Below, in pieces: positions 1 to 10,098 of a stretch of 64,000 bases of DNA. The DNA is taken from contig JADHNY010000005.1 in assembly GCA_016779265.1 (NCBI GenBank), positions 3,477 to 67,476 of the forward strand, written 5' to 3'. Made by a program: the position numbers and the translations under genes. This DNA is from Pirellulales bacterium. GTDB lineage: Bacteria; Planctomycetota; Planctomycetia; Pirellulales; UBA1268. Below the pieces are notes generated by a model, which worked only from the letters and a program-made list of their open reading frames with translations, was not told the DNA's origin and searched no databases. Position 1 is the first letter of the stretch, and every line of letters begins with the position of its first letter.

Positions 1-294
1 AATCCGGTTCTGCTGCCGCTGCTTGCCGAGGCAGGAGGCAGTGTGATCGGGATCGACTGGCGGATTGATCTTGGTGAGGCGCGTCGAGTTGTCGGCCCCG
101 ACCGCGGCGTGCAGGGCAACCTCGATCCAGCCATCCTGTTGAGTGATCGCGAAACGGTCCGCCGGCGAACCCTTGAGGTCCTGCAGTCAGCAGGCGGCAC
201 TCCTGGCCATATCTTCAACCTCGGTCACGGCGTGCTTCCACTGACACCAGTCGACAACGTGCTCGAACTGATCGCCACGGTGAAGGGCGGCTGA
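1..294 (+). CDS. hemE: uroporphyrinogen decarboxylase, C-terminal fragment (5' end outside window)
   Basis: Frame 1 is open from base 1 (NPVLLPLLAEAGGSVIGIDW...) to the stop at 292-294. GNLDP...GHIFNLGHGV is the conserved URO-D C-terminus. The listed M at 43 is an internal GTG. Confidence 0.8.
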   Translation, partial: NPVLLPLLAEAGGSVIGIDWRIDLGEARRVVGPDRGVQGNLDPAILLSDRETVRRRTLEVLQSAGGTPGHIFNLGHGVLPLTPVDNVLELIATVKGG

Positions 295-374
295 GACACG
301 GCGTTGGTGTTCAGAGCCGGTGGGGCTAGACTTGCGGGTTCGCCCTTGAAGCCGCACCACCTGCCTCGCTCTGC

Positions 375-3300
375 ATGACCAGCCTCGCACAACGTCTTTT
401 TCATCTCTTTGAGCCGTCCGATATCGAGCGGGCGAACCAGGAGATCCGTCCGATTCAGGTTTCGTCGCCCCGCGTCGGCCAGGTAAAGGCTGTCGTGACA
501 GACGAGCAGGGCATCAGCCACGACGTGCTGCTAGAGCTCTCCGCGACGCGACGCGGCGGCATGACACTTGAGACCCGCAGCACCAGCCGCCGTGGCAAGG
601 CCGGCCTGCCGTGTGCGGAGCTCGCTGCGGTGCTCCTGGAGGTTGACCGTCGTGGCTTCTTCTCAGGTGTCCACGAACACACTCCCATCGAGCTCGACGT
701 CCTCGCCGACGAAGATGCCGAGGAAGACGAGCTGCTCGATCTGCCTGCTGACGAGGTGGATAACGCCGCAACGGATGAGTCAGGCTCGAGCGGCAACGCT
801 GGCGAGGCACCCGACGAGGCCGACGATGAACCACGTGTAGCCGCACCGGTCGTTCAGCCAACTCGTCAAACCTGGCCATCAGGCAGGCAGCCGGCCTGGT
901 CGGTCGACCTCGAGGCCCGGCGACGTCTGGTGGAGCCGGCAGTCCGCACACGCTCCTTCGCGCTCGGCGACTCTCGGAAAAACGGTGGTGGCCTCGTTTT
1001 TCTGCTCGACATCAACGCCTCCACCGAGACACGAGGCGTGCTACTCACTCCGGCTCGGATCACGGTCGATGTCGCGGGAAACGCCACTGGACGCCCGAAG
1101 CCCGTGGTGATCGACGCTGCCGTTCGTGAGCAGCTCGATGTGCATGAGCGGGCGATGCTGGCAGAGCTGCTGGGAAGCTCAGCTGTTATCGACCGCGGGC
1201 TCTCCGAGGCAGTTGCCTCGTCGGAAGTCTCCCGTATTCGGATCGACGAGTCAGCCGTGGCCACGCGTCTATCTTGGCTCTGCGAACGGGGTCGTCTCCT
1301 GTTTCAGCCAGAGCCGAGGCGAAACCCAGAGCTGGCGATTCCACTGGCCTGGGATGGCAGCCGCCCCTGGCAGTTCTCGCTGGTGGTGGGACCCGATGAT
1401 GCTCCGGTCACAAGCGACGACGAATCAAAGATCACCAAAAGCGGCGAAGCAGCACCGGCCATCAAGCGGCCTGGCAAGGCAACGCTCGAAGGCATGCTCA
1501 CTCAAGGGAGCCAGCGGCGGCCGCTGAGCTCCGCCCGGGCGATTCTCCGCTGCGGACTCGCGGTGTTTGACGATCGGCTTGCCCGCGTTGAGCTGGGCGC
1601 CGACGTCGGCTGGCTTGAGCAGTTTGAGCGTCGCGGCCAGATCGAACTGCCTGGTCAACATATCGACGGTCTGATTGAACAGCTGGCCGGACTGGCCAAT
1701 CCACCGCGACTCGTGCTGCCGGCGTGGACAGGCTGGAGAGTTGAGTCTGGGACACCACGCCCCAAACTCCTGTTGGATGACTCGCCAGCGGTCAGCACGG
1801 AGACGGATGGCACGACCACCCGACGTCGGCGTCAGCAGCGAGTACGGCTCGCGGGCCGCGTCTGGTTTGACTACGGCGGCATCCTGGTAGAAGCGGACGA
1901 TCCGGCGGGTGGGGCGGCCGACGTGACCAACCACATCCTGGTATTGCGAAACCGGGAAGCGGAACGGTTTGCCGTTGCCGAGCTGCCACGGTTTGGCGGT
2001 CTGAGTCCCAAAGATGCCGCCGCCGGCCATCATGTGGAGATCGCTCGCGAGCGACTCGACGCCTCGGTCGCTCAGCTTGCCGCCGTCGGCTGGTCGGTGG
2101 AGGTGGCGGGCCGCCGCTACCGTCCTGCGGGCAGCATGGCCTGGCATGTGACCAGTGGCATCGACTGGTTTGAGCTCTCCGGCTCGCTCGACTTCGGTGG
2201 GGTGACCGTTGAGATGCCTGCCTTGCTGGAGGCGATCGCCCGGGGTGACCGAGCGGTCGAGCTGTCTGATGGCTCGATGGGGATTCTCCCCGACGACTGG
2301 CCGGGGCAGCTTGAGCCATTGGTGGCGTTGGCACAGAAACAAGACGGGCGGCTGCGTTATGGACGCATGCAGGCAGCGCTGCTCGACGCCCTGCTGGCGA
2401 GCCAGCCGAGCATCCGAGTTGACGAAGCCTTCGAACGGATTCGGGAAGAACTCACCAGCGGCGAACGCCCTCAGCCAGAAGCCGAGCCCGAGGGTTTCCA
2501 GGGAACTCTCCGGCAATACCAGAAAGAAGGTCTCGGCTGGCTCGTGTTCCTCGAAAAGATGGGCCTGGGTGGCTGCCTTGCCGACGACATGGGTCTTGGC
2601 AAAACGATCCAGGTGCTCGCGATGCTCCTCCGCCGGCAGCAGAAGGTGGCTGCCGAAGGCCTCGGTCATCATCCCTCAATGGTCGTCGTTCCCAAGAGTC
2701 TGATCTTCAACTGGATGGAAGAGGCACAGCGGTTTGCGCCGCAGCTGAAGGTGGTCAACTACACCGGTGCCGCCCGCAAAGAGCACAGTGAGACACTCGC
2801 CGAAGCCAACCTGATTCTCACCACCTACGGCACGCTGCGTCGCGATGCCGTCGAGCACCGCCAGCTTGAGTTTGACTATGTCGTGCTCGATGAGGCACAG
2901 ACGATCAAGAACGCTGGTAGCCAAGCGGCGAAGGCCTGTCGCCTGCTGCGAGCCCGTCACCGCCTTGCCGTGACAGGTACGCCGGTGGAAAACCACATCG
3001 GTGAGCTCTGGAGCATCTTCGAGTTTCTCAATCCCGGCCAGCTCGGCACAGCCACCCGTCTGCGTCGGTTTCTCGCCGGTGGTCGGGGTGGCTCCGCAGC
3101 CGATATTGTGGCCCGTGCTGTGCGGCCCTACCTGCTGCGGCGAACGAAAAGCCAGGTGCTCACGGACCTGCCAGAAAAAACCGAACAGACCCTCGTGGTG
3201 GAACTCGGCAAAAAACAGCGGAAGGCCTACGACGAGCTGCGGGAACACTACCGGCAGGAACTCTCTGGACGGATCAGCCGGATGGGCATTGGCCGTTCAC

Positions 3301-3893
3301 GAATCGCCGTCCTCGAGGCGTTGCTGCGACTTCGCCAGGCTGCCTGCCATCCGGGCCTGATCGATGCCTCGGAGAAGGATGAGCCGGGAGCCAAACTCGA
3401 GGCCCTGCTCGGACAGCTCGACGAGGTCACCGATGAAGGCCATAAGGTGCTGGTGTTTAGTCAGTTCACAAGCTTCCTGGCGATCCTGCGGCAGCATCTC
3501 GATGCCAAGGGCACCACGTACGAATACCTCGATGGGCGAACCACCGACCGTCAGGCACGGGTCAACCGGTTCCAAGAGGATCCTGACTGTCGGCTGTTCC
3601 TGATTTCACTCAAGGCTGGTGGCCAGGGTCTCAATCTCACCGCCGCTGACTACATCTACATTCTCGACCCCTGGTGGAACCCCGCAGTGGAGGCCCAAGC
3701 GGTCGACCGGGCCCACCGTATTGGCCAGACCCGTCCCGTCTTCGCCTACCGACTGATTGCCAAAGACACAGTCGAAGAAAAGATCGTCAATCTCCAGGCT
3801 AGGAAGCGGGAACTTGCCGAGTCGATTGTGCGGGCTGAAGAGGGAATGGCCGCCAGCCTGACCGCTGAGGATGTGGAGCTGCTCTTCTCCTGA
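375..3893 (+). CDS. SNF2-family DEAD/DEAH helicase with long N-terminal SNF2-associated region
   Basis: 1172-aa ORF. Motifs: LADDMGLGKT (Walker A), VLDEAQTIKN, VTGTPVENH, and helicase-C QAVDRAHRIGQ. The N-terminal segment resembles a SWIM finger but lacks most Cys/His ligands. Confidence 0.9.
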   Translation: MTSLAQRLFHLFEPSDIERANQEIRPIQVSSPRVGQVKAVVTDEQGISHDVLLELSATRRGGMTLETRSTSRRGKAGLPCAELAAVLLEVDRRGFFSGVHEHTPIELDVLADEDAEEDELLDLPADEVDNAATDESGSSGNAGEAPDEADDEPRVAAPVVQPTRQTWPSGRQPAWSVDLEARRRLVEPAVRTRSFALGDSRKNGGGLVFLLDINASTETRGVLLTPARITVDVAGNATGRPKPVVIDAAVREQLDVHERAMLAELLGSSAVIDRGLSEAVASSEVSRIRIDESAVATRLSWLCERGRLLFQPEPRRNPELAIPLAWDGSRPWQFSLVVGPDDAPVTSDDESKITKSGEAAPAIKRPGKATLEGMLTQGSQRRPLSSARAILRCGLAVFDDRLARVELGADVGWLEQFERRGQIELPGQHIDGLIEQLAGLANPPRLVLPAWTGWRVESGTPRPKLLLDDSPAVSTETDGTTTRRRRQQRVRLAGRVWFDYGGILVEADDPAGGAADVTNHILVLRNREAERFAVAELPRFGGLSPKDAAAGHHVEIARERLDASVAQLAAVGWSVEVAGRRYRPAGSMAWHVTSGIDWFELSGSLDFGGVTVEMPALLEAIARGDRAVELSDGSMGILPDDWPGQLEPLVALAQKQDGRLRYGRMQAALLDALLASQPSIRVDEAFERIREELTSGERPQPEAEPEGFQGTLRQYQKEGLGWLVFLEKMGLGGCLADDMGLGKTIQVLAMLLRRQQKVAAEGLGHHPSMVVVPKSLIFNWMEEAQRFAPQLKVVNYTGAARKEHSETLAEANLILTTYGTLRRDAVEHRQLEFDYVVLDEAQTIKNAGSQAAKACRLLRARHRLAVTGTPVENHIGELWSIFEFLNPGQLGTATRLRRFLAGGRGGSAADIVARAVRPYLLRRTKSQVLTDLPEKTEQTLVVELGKKQRKAYDELREHYRQELSGRISRMGIGRSRIAVLEALLRLRQAACHPGLIDASEKDEPGAKLEALLGQLDEVTDEGHKVLVFSQFTSFLAILRQHLDAKGTTYEYLDGRTTDRQARVNRFQEDPDCRLFLISLKAGGQGLNLTAADYIYILDPWWNPAVEAQAVDRAHRIGQTRPVFAYRLIAKDTVEEKIVNLQARKRELAESIVRAEEGMAASLTAEDVELLFS

Positions 3894-3916
3894 GCCCTTT
3901 TGGCCCGGCCGCCGCG

Positions 3917-4951
3917 GTGTCGACGGCGACTGACGTTGCCTCATCGAAAACTCATCTTTGTGCTGGGATGGGTACTTTAGACTTGGGACGTGTCACCAGA
4001 AGACCGCTCCCGGAGGCCTCCGACGTGGCTGCTGTACTCACTCGCCGCCCGATCGCTGCTGATGGCTCGTTCCACAGCCCTTTGTCCCGACCACTGCCTG
4101 CCCCTCTCCTGGCATGTGCCGCTCCCCTGGCATCAGCTGCACGTGACACGAGAACGGTGAGTCCTCGCTCCGGTAGCTCGCTACGGAGCAGACCAACCAG
4201 CGTCGGCGGGAGCAGTTCCTTGGACACCGGTCGATTGCAGACACACAATCCGACTGGTCCGGAAGGTGCTCCCAGGATTCTCGTCGTCGATGATGAAGAC
4301 GATCTGCTCGAACTGGTGCGGTACAACCTGGCCAAGTCGGGCTACCAAATCTCCTGCGTCTCCAGCGGTGAGGATGCTCTCTCACACGCCAGGCAATGGA
4401 TTCCAGACCTGATCGTGCTCGACCTGATGCTGCCCGCGGTGGATGGCCTTGAGGTCTGCCGGCGTCTGAAGGCAGATGCCAAGACCCGTGAGATCCCGAT
4501 CATCATGCTCACCGCCAAGAGCGAGGAGAGCGATGTCGTGCGGGGCCTTGAGCGAGGGGCCGATGACTACATCACCAAGCCGTTTAGTCCGCGGGTGCTC
4601 GCTGCTCGCGTGAAAGCCTTGCTGCGGCGCCAGGAAGCTCTGAGAGCCTCTGAACTCGAAACGACCATCGATGTCCACGAACTCTCGATTCACCCAGGCC
4701 GCCATGAAGTCACCCTTGCCGGCAAGCTCTTGGACCTCACCTACACGGAGTTTGCCCTGCTGGCATTTCTGGCCAAACGGCCAGGCTGGGCCTACACCCG
4801 CATGCAGATCGTCGACGCGGTGAAAGGTGAGGATTATCCTGTCACGGAACGTTCCGTGGATGTTCAGGTAGCCGGCCTCCGTAAGAAACTCGGCCGCTTT
4901 GGCTCGTATGTCGAGACTGTCCGCGGCGTTGGGTATCGGTTTCGAGCGTGA
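3917..4951 (+). CDS. OmpR/PhoB-family response regulator (start uncertain)
   Basis: Receiver motifs (ILVVDDEDD, DLIVLDLMLP, LTAKSEE, ITKPF) plus a winged-helix end (VDVQVAGLRKKL...VRGVGYRF). The receiver begins near 4271. The roughly 118 upstream codons of the listed ORF are Pro/Ser/Arg-rich and probably not all coding; an in-frame TTG at 4235 is one alternative start. Confidence 0.8.
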   Translation: MSTATDVASSKTHLCAGMGTLDLGRVTRRPLPEASDVAAVLTRRPIAADGSFHSPLSRPLPAPLLACAAPLASAARDTRTVSPRSGSSLRSRPTSVGGSSSLDTGRLQTHNPTGPEGAPRILVVDDEDDLLELVRYNLAKSGYQISCVSSGEDALSHARQWIPDLIVLDLMLPAVDGLEVCRRLKADAKTREIPIIMLTAKSEESDVVRGLERGADDYITKPFSPRVLAARVKALLRRQEALRASELETTIDVHELSIHPGRHEVTLAGKLLDLTYTEFALLAFLAKRPGWAYTRMQIVDAVKGEDYPVTERSVDVQVAGLRKKLGRFGSYVETVRGVGYRFRA

Positions 4952-4995
4952 GCTCAGACCACCCCTGAGTCCCCGCCCGCTGCCGCCGTCGGACC

Positions 4996-6867
4996 ATGCC
5001 TCGTACACGACTTGTCTGGCATCTCTTCGCAAGCTGGTGTGGCCTCATCGCCTGTGGTCTCGTTGCGCTGTCCTGGCTGAGCCTCGTGGAGATGGCCCAG
5101 CTTTCCGATGAGAGCGAGTATCAGCGGATGCGACAGGTGGCCACCGCAGCGGCAGCAGCGGTGCAGACCAGATCGATCACCTCAGCTGACGACGACGCAT
5201 GGCGGTTGACCGCTGAGCAGCTCAGCACGGTCACTAATCTCCAGTTCGAACTGCTCGACCTCTCAGGCTCCCCTCAGGCCATCCCTGCAGCCTCCGTCAC
5301 ATCAACAGCAGCCGAGGCGGCGAGCCGCTCACCCAACGCCCCCCTACCACGACGTACCGATGAAGGTCCACTGGCATCGATACGGGCAGGCGCCAGAGAA
5401 GTTCGCACTGACTCCTACGATGCGGAACGCGACCAGCGAGTTCTGACGCTCTTCGTCGCCCTCGACGACAATCGCTCAATCCGTGTCACCTCCGACACCG
5501 CCGATCTTGATCAGCGACTACGGTCACGTCAGCATGCACTGCTGCGTGGTTTTCTCATCGCTGCAGCCTTCGCTGTTTTCGCTGGCTATGTGGTTTCCAA
5601 GCGGGCTGCCGCAGGAGTCGAAGATCTGGCGAAGTCGGCAAGTAAGCTCGCCCGTGGCTCGCTTGATGTGGAGATTCCCACGCCCGATCTCGCTGAACTT
5701 GGCATGATTGCCGCAGCAGTCACCGGCCTTCGCGACCAGCTTGTTGAACGCGGCCGCACCATCGGTCGGCAAGGCACTCAGCAGGAAGCCGTGCTGGCCA
5801 GCATGAGTGAAGGGGTGCTCGCGGTCGACAATCGCCATCGTCTGCTCAGCATCAACACAGCGGCAGCGTCTCTGCTGGGCATTGAGCCGGGCAGGATGCT
5901 CCTGAGGCCGATGCAGGAAGTGATTGCCAACCCTGACCTTCGTCGGTTTGTACTCAAGGCGATCGACTGTCAGGAGCCGGTTGAAGACGACCTCCTCCTC
6001 CGCGACGGCCTTCGGGAGCGAACGCTCCTGGTCCGTGGCACCGCCCTGCGATCACCACGCGGCACCGACCAAGGTGCGGTGATTGTGCTCAATGATGTGA
6101 CCCATTTTCGTCACCTTGAAAACGTTCGCCGCGACTTTGTCGCCAACGTCTCTCACGAGCTCAAGACCCCCACAGCCTCTATCCGTGGCTTCGTGGAGAC
6201 ACTGCTCGACGGCGCCATCGATGACCACGACGACGCGATCCGTTTCCTTTCCATCATCGCACGGCAGGCAGAGCGGCTCGAGGCGATCATCGAAGACCTC
6301 CTGGCCCTGTCACGCATTGAGCGAATTGAGGAGAGCAGCGACCTTTCACTTGAGAACATTGCCCTGTCGGAGGTGATCACCGCTGCGATCGGCAGCTGTC
6401 AGCTGCGTGCCAGCGAGCGGGCGATTGACGTCACCGTTGACTGCGATCCGCGTGTGCAGGTCGCCGTCAATCCTCCACTGTTCGAGCAGGCATTGATCAA
6501 CCTGATCGACAACGCCATCAAGTACAGTGACACTGGAAAGACCGTCCGGTTGCAGGTTGGCTCAACGCAGGGACCGTCGGCTCAGACCAACTCCATCACG
6601 ATCTCAGTCGCCGACGAGGGCTGTGGCATCGACCCACAGTTTCTGCCGCGGATCTTTGAGCGGTTCTACCGGGTGGACCGGGCACGCAGCCGCAAACTCG
6701 GCGGCACAGGCCTTGGGCTCTCCATTGTGAAACACATTGTGCAAGCCCACGGTGGCTCTGTTGATGTCCACAGCACACCAGGCGTTGGCTCGGTCTTTTC
6801 GATTCACCTGCCGATCGATGAACACGCCACAACAGGGAGCGGCAGGAGCCCCCTGACACGAGCCTGA
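4996..6867 (+). CDS. sensor histidine kinase, PhoR/SenX3-like (TM-HAMP-PAS-HisKA-HATPase)
   Basis: N-terminal TM helix, a second TM followed by a HAMP-like segment, the H-box FVANVSHELKTPTASIRGF, and ATPase boxes NAIKYS, DEGCGI and GGTGLGLSIVKH. Begins 44 nt after the regulator. Confidence 0.9.
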   Translation: MPRTRLVWHLFASWCGLIACGLVALSWLSLVEMAQLSDESEYQRMRQVATAAAAAVQTRSITSADDDAWRLTAEQLSTVTNLQFELLDLSGSPQAIPAASVTSTAAEAASRSPNAPLPRRTDEGPLASIRAGAREVRTDSYDAERDQRVLTLFVALDDNRSIRVTSDTADLDQRLRSRQHALLRGFLIAAAFAVFAGYVVSKRAAAGVEDLAKSASKLARGSLDVEIPTPDLAELGMIAAAVTGLRDQLVERGRTIGRQGTQQEAVLASMSEGVLAVDNRHRLLSINTAAASLLGIEPGRMLLRPMQEVIANPDLRRFVLKAIDCQEPVEDDLLLRDGLRERTLLVRGTALRSPRGTDQGAVIVLNDVTHFRHLENVRRDFVANVSHELKTPTASIRGFVETLLDGAIDDHDDAIRFLSIIARQAERLEAIIEDLLALSRIERIEESSDLSLENIALSEVITAAIGSCQLRASERAIDVTVDCDPRVQVAVNPPLFEQALINLIDNAIKYSDTGKTVRLQVGSTQGPSAQTNSITISVADEGCGIDPQFLPRIFERFYRVDRARSRKLGGTGLGLSIVKHIVQAHGGSVDVHSTPGVGSVFSIHLPIDEHATTGSGRSPLTRA

Positions 6868-6883
6868 ACGACCCCGGGCGGCT

Positions 6884-7675
6884 CTAGGATGCGATGGTGC
6901 GGCCACCATCCACGGGAAGACAGACCCCGGTCACGAAGTCATTTTCCAGCAGGAACAGGACAGCATGGGCAACATGCTCTGGCCGGCCTTCCCGCTTCAC
7001 CAGCGTGCCTGCAATCGCCTCCTCACGTTCGTCCGGCGAGAGCGTCTCAGGCAGCATGACCGGCCCCGGCAGCACACAGTTCACCCGAATGCGTGGATTG
7101 CGGGCAGCGAGTTCTACCGCCAGCGAGCGGGTCATCGTGGGGATTGCACCTTTACTCGGAAAGTAGCCGGCGTAGTCCGGATAGGGCCGACTGACAGCCC
7201 AGTCACCAATCGTGACCACACTCCCGCCGCTCGGCTGATCGATCATCGCCATAGCCGCCTCTTGGGCCACCACAAAGCTGCCCACCACATTGACCTCAAA
7301 ATGCTGCCGAAGATCGTCGGCGGTGACCGCTTCAAATGGCTGCCGGTGCCAGAGCCCTGCTGAGGTGACCACAGCATCCAGTCGTCCAAAATGATCAGCC
7401 ACGCGGTGGACCATCGCCCGCACCGGCCCCTCGTCTCGCAGATTGGCCGTCACTGCAAGTGACGGAATCCCCGCCGCCTCCAACGCCGCAGCCTGCTCCC
7501 GAGCCTCTGCGAGGCTGGCGTTGGCATGAATCGCCACTGCATATCCACGGGCGGCGAGCGCCTGCACGATGACACGCCCCACTCGCCGTGCTCCACCCGT
7601 CACCAAAGCGACACGTCCATGATGAGGAACAGTTCCAGGGGTGAACTCAAGAAACGCTGGTTCGACTGCCGTCAC
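6884..7675 (-). CDS. SDR-family oxidoreductase (pteridine-reductase-like)
   Basis: ALVTGGARRVGRVIV Rossmann motif and a YxxxK-type segment (YFPSKGA). 263 aa. Last gene of a same-strand run. Confidence 0.85.
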   Translation of the reverse strand: MTAVEPAFLEFTPGTVPHHGRVALVTGGARRVGRVIVQALAARGYAVAIHANASLAEAREQAAALEAAGIPSLAVTANLRDEGPVRAMVHRVADHFGRLDAVVTSAGLWHRQPFEAVTADDLRQHFEVNVVGSFVVAQEAAMAMIDQPSGGSVVTIGDWAVSRPYPDYAGYFPSKGAIPTMTRSLAVELAARNPRIRVNCVLPGPVMLPETLSPDEREEAIAGTLVKREGRPEHVAHAVLFLLENDFVTGVCLPVDGGRTIAS

Positions 7676-7693
7676 GTGCTGCCTCGCGGGGTG

Positions 7694-8650
7694 CTACGGG
7701 TTGAGTTCGTCTTCACGACTCGTGAATGGAGGGGGCTGGTGCTCCTCCGCCTTACGCTGCCGTTCGTTGAAGTCCACGATCGTTCGCCAGGCCGCTTCGG
7801 GAGTATCGGCGTAGGTAAAAAGATCGAGATGGGCATCCGAGATCACGCCATAATCAGCGAGCTTTCGGAAGTCGATCACACTCTTCCAGTAGTCGCGTCC
7901 GTAGAGCACGATTGGGGCTGGCTGCATGCGATGCGTCTGCCGCAGGGTGAGCGCCTCAAACAGCTCATCGAGCGTTCCAAACCCTCCTGGAAAGAGGACG
8001 ACGCCCGCAGCCCGCAGGATGAAATGAAACTTCCGAATCGCGAAGTAGCGAAACTGAAAGCAGAGCTCAGGCGTGATGAAGGGGTTGGGATGCTGCTCCG
8101 ACGGCAGCCGGATATTCAGGCCGATCGATTTACAGCCCACATCGAAAGCGCCGCGGTTCGCTGCCTCCATCACCCCCGGCCCGCCGCCAGTGACGATCAC
8201 AAACTCACGCCGTGTTTCACACTGGTGATCGATTGAGACCAGCCGAGCAAACTCTCTGGCCTCATCGTAGTAGTGGCTCAGGCTGACGAGCTGCTCACTG
8301 CGAGCCACCTCCCGAGCAGCTGCCGTGTCACCCGGCTTTGCCGCTGCCGCCTTCTGCGCTTCGGTCAGCCGTCGCTGAGCTGCAGAACGCTCAATAATCT
8401 GCGTGCCGCCAAAGACGATCACCGTGGAGTGAATCTTTTCCTCCTGCAGCGCCATCTCCGGCTTCTGCAGTTCGAGCATCATCCGCACCCCACGCATCTC
8501 TTGGCGTTCGAGAAGTTCGTGATCGTCGTCAGCAAGAACGTAGCTCGGGGACGAGAGCATTGCCTCAAGATTGGTCGCCATCAGCGACACGTCATTGCCA
8601 AGCGGCGAGGCTGGAATCCGATCACAGTGCTTCCCCAGTTCTTCGCTCAT
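7694..8650 (-). CDS. LOG / TIGR00730-family nucleotide N-glycosidase-like protein
   Basis: VTGGGPGVMEAANRGA and PGGFGTLDELFEALTL, matching the LOG-family GGGxGxM and PGGxGTxxE motifs. Confidence 0.8.
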   Translation of the reverse strand: MSEELGKHCDRIPASPLGNDVSLMATNLEAMLSSPSYVLADDDHELLERQEMRGVRMMLELQKPEMALQEEKIHSTVIVFGGTQIIERSAAQRRLTEAQKAAAAKPGDTAAAREVARSEQLVSLSHYYDEAREFARLVSIDHQCETRREFVIVTGGGPGVMEAANRGAFDVGCKSIGLNIRLPSEQHPNPFITPELCFQFRYFAIRKFHFILRAAGVVLFPGGFGTLDELFEALTLRQTHRMQPAPIVLYGRDYWKSVIDFRKLADYGVISDAHLDLFTYADTPEAAWRTIVDFNERQRKAEEHQPPPFTSREDELNP

Positions 8651-8673
8651 CCACCACTCCTTGTCGTGAAGTC

Positions 8674-10098
8674 CTACCGAAGTGAATACGAGTCACCGAG
8701 ACCGGGGATCTCCGCCTGCCAGCCAAATGCTTCTTGAAACTGCCTGGCCATGCCACGAGCCGAACTGGTTTCGCCATGCACCAGAAACACCCGTTCGGGT
8801 TGCGGCAGATCAGCAAGCCACCGCACCATCTCGCGGCGGTCTGCGTGCCCGGAGAGTCCATCGAGCCGCCGTACCGCCGCCTGCACCGGCACATCGCGGC
8901 CGTGAATCCGCAGCGTGGCGGCACCATCAAGCAGTGACCGTCCTCGTGTGCCTTTGGGCTGGAAACCGGTCACAAGCACGGTGGTCTTCGGGTCAGAGAG
9001 GCGGCGTTTGAGGTGATGCAGAATCCGGCCACCGGTCATCATGCCGCTCGACGCGATCACGATTCCTGGCCCCTCCTCTCGGTTAATCGCCTTTGACTCG
9101 TTAGGTGTTTTGGACATCCGCACCCACGGTGCCTTCAGCGACTCCGCAACGCCGGCATCGTGGGCCTCAGACAGGTCATGCTCTTCGGCATGCTTACGAA
9201 ACACCCGCGTGGCCTCCACCGCCATCGGTGAATCAATCCAGATCGGCAGTTCGGGAATACGCCCCGCAGCGATCAAGATCCGCAGGAGATAGACCAGCTG
9301 CTGTGTTCGTCCCACCGCAAACGATGCCGCCAGTAGCAGCCCACCACGATCGACAGCCTCATTCACGAGCCGTTCGAGCTCACTGAGTGGATCGACGTCA
9401 GGATGGTCGCGATCACCGTATGTGCTCTCACAGACAAGCACATCACAGGCCGGTGGCGGCAGCGGGTCGTTGTAGAGTGGGGCATCGTAGCGGCCCACGT
9501 CGCCAGAGAAGATCAGCCGCAGTGGGCGGACCTGCTCACGGGCAGCCTCGACCTCGACGTAAGAGCTGCCGAGCATGTGGCCGGCGTCGTGCAGACGACA
9601 CCGCACCCCGGCACACGGCTCAAACCAGCCCTCCCGCTGGACAACCCGCAGCTGCTGTAAGACTCGGGCCACATCGGCGTCTTCGTAGAGCGGCAGGGCA
9701 GGGTGGTGCTTTGAGAAGCCCTTGCGGTTGGCATAGGCCGCGTCTTCCATCTGGCACTTCGCCGAGTCGTAGAGCAGGAGGCCAAGCAGATCTGCGGTAG
9801 GAGCCGTGGTGTAGATCGGTCCCTGAAAGCCTTCCTTGGCCAGTCGTGGCAGCCAGCCAGAGTGATCGATGTGGCCGTGGGTCAAGATCACCGCGTCGAG
9901 ACCTTGCGGTGGCACCCCCAGCGGCTTCCAGTTGCGGCGTCGAAGCGACCGCTCCCCTTGAAAGAGCCCACAGTCGAAGAGCACCTGCCGGCCATTGACC
10001 TCGAGCAGATGCCGACTTCCCGACACTGTGCCTGCCGCACCGAGAAACGTCAGTTGTGGCATCGCTGCTGCTTTCCCTTCTGAACGCGTCTGGCTCAC
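8674..10098 (-). CDS. MBL-fold beta-CASP hydrolase (RNA-metabolising metallo-beta-lactamase type)
   Basis: HxHxDH motif (LTHGHIDHSGW). Size of 474 aa and a C-terminal SGHAD segment are typical of beta-CASP. The start overlaps the upstream gene's stop by 4 nt (10095-10098). Confidence 0.8.
   Translation of the reverse strand: MSQTRSEGKAAAMPQLTFLGAAGTVSGSRHLLEVNGRQVLFDCGLFQGERSLRRRNWKPLGVPPQGLDAVILTHGHIDHSGWLPRLAKEGFQGPIYTTAPTADLLGLLLYDSAKCQMEDAAYANRKGFSKHHPALPLYEDADVARVLQQLRVVQREGWFEPCAGVRCRLHDAGHMLGSSYVEVEAAREQVRPLRLIFSGDVGRYDAPLYNDPLPPPACDVLVCESTYGDRDHPDVDPLSELERLVNEAVDRGGLLLAASFAVGRTQQLVYLLRILIAAGRIPELPIWIDSPMAVEATRVFRKHAEEHDLSEAHDAGVAESLKAPWVRMSKTPNESKAINREEGPGIVIASSGMMTGGRILHHLKRRLSDPKTTVLVTGFQPKGTRGRSLLDGAATLRIHGRDVPVQAAVRRLDGLSGHADRREMVRWLADLPQPERVFLVHGETSSARGMARQFQEAFGWQAEIPGLGDSYSLR

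Noticed and set aside
1425-2672. 415-aa minus-strand ORF and several 100-190-aa ORFs inside 375-3893
   Set aside because: They are antisense or out of frame relative to the SNF2 helicase, which carries clear motifs. These are typical GC-rich shadow ORFs with no motifs of their own.
3894-4270. Possible Pho-box-like direct repeats (CCTGGCAT x2) and an imperfect dyad upstream of the response regulator
   Set aside because: The 18-nt spacing and the sequence do not fit the known PhoB box. The region may partly be coding if the regulator starts early. Evidence is too weak to call.
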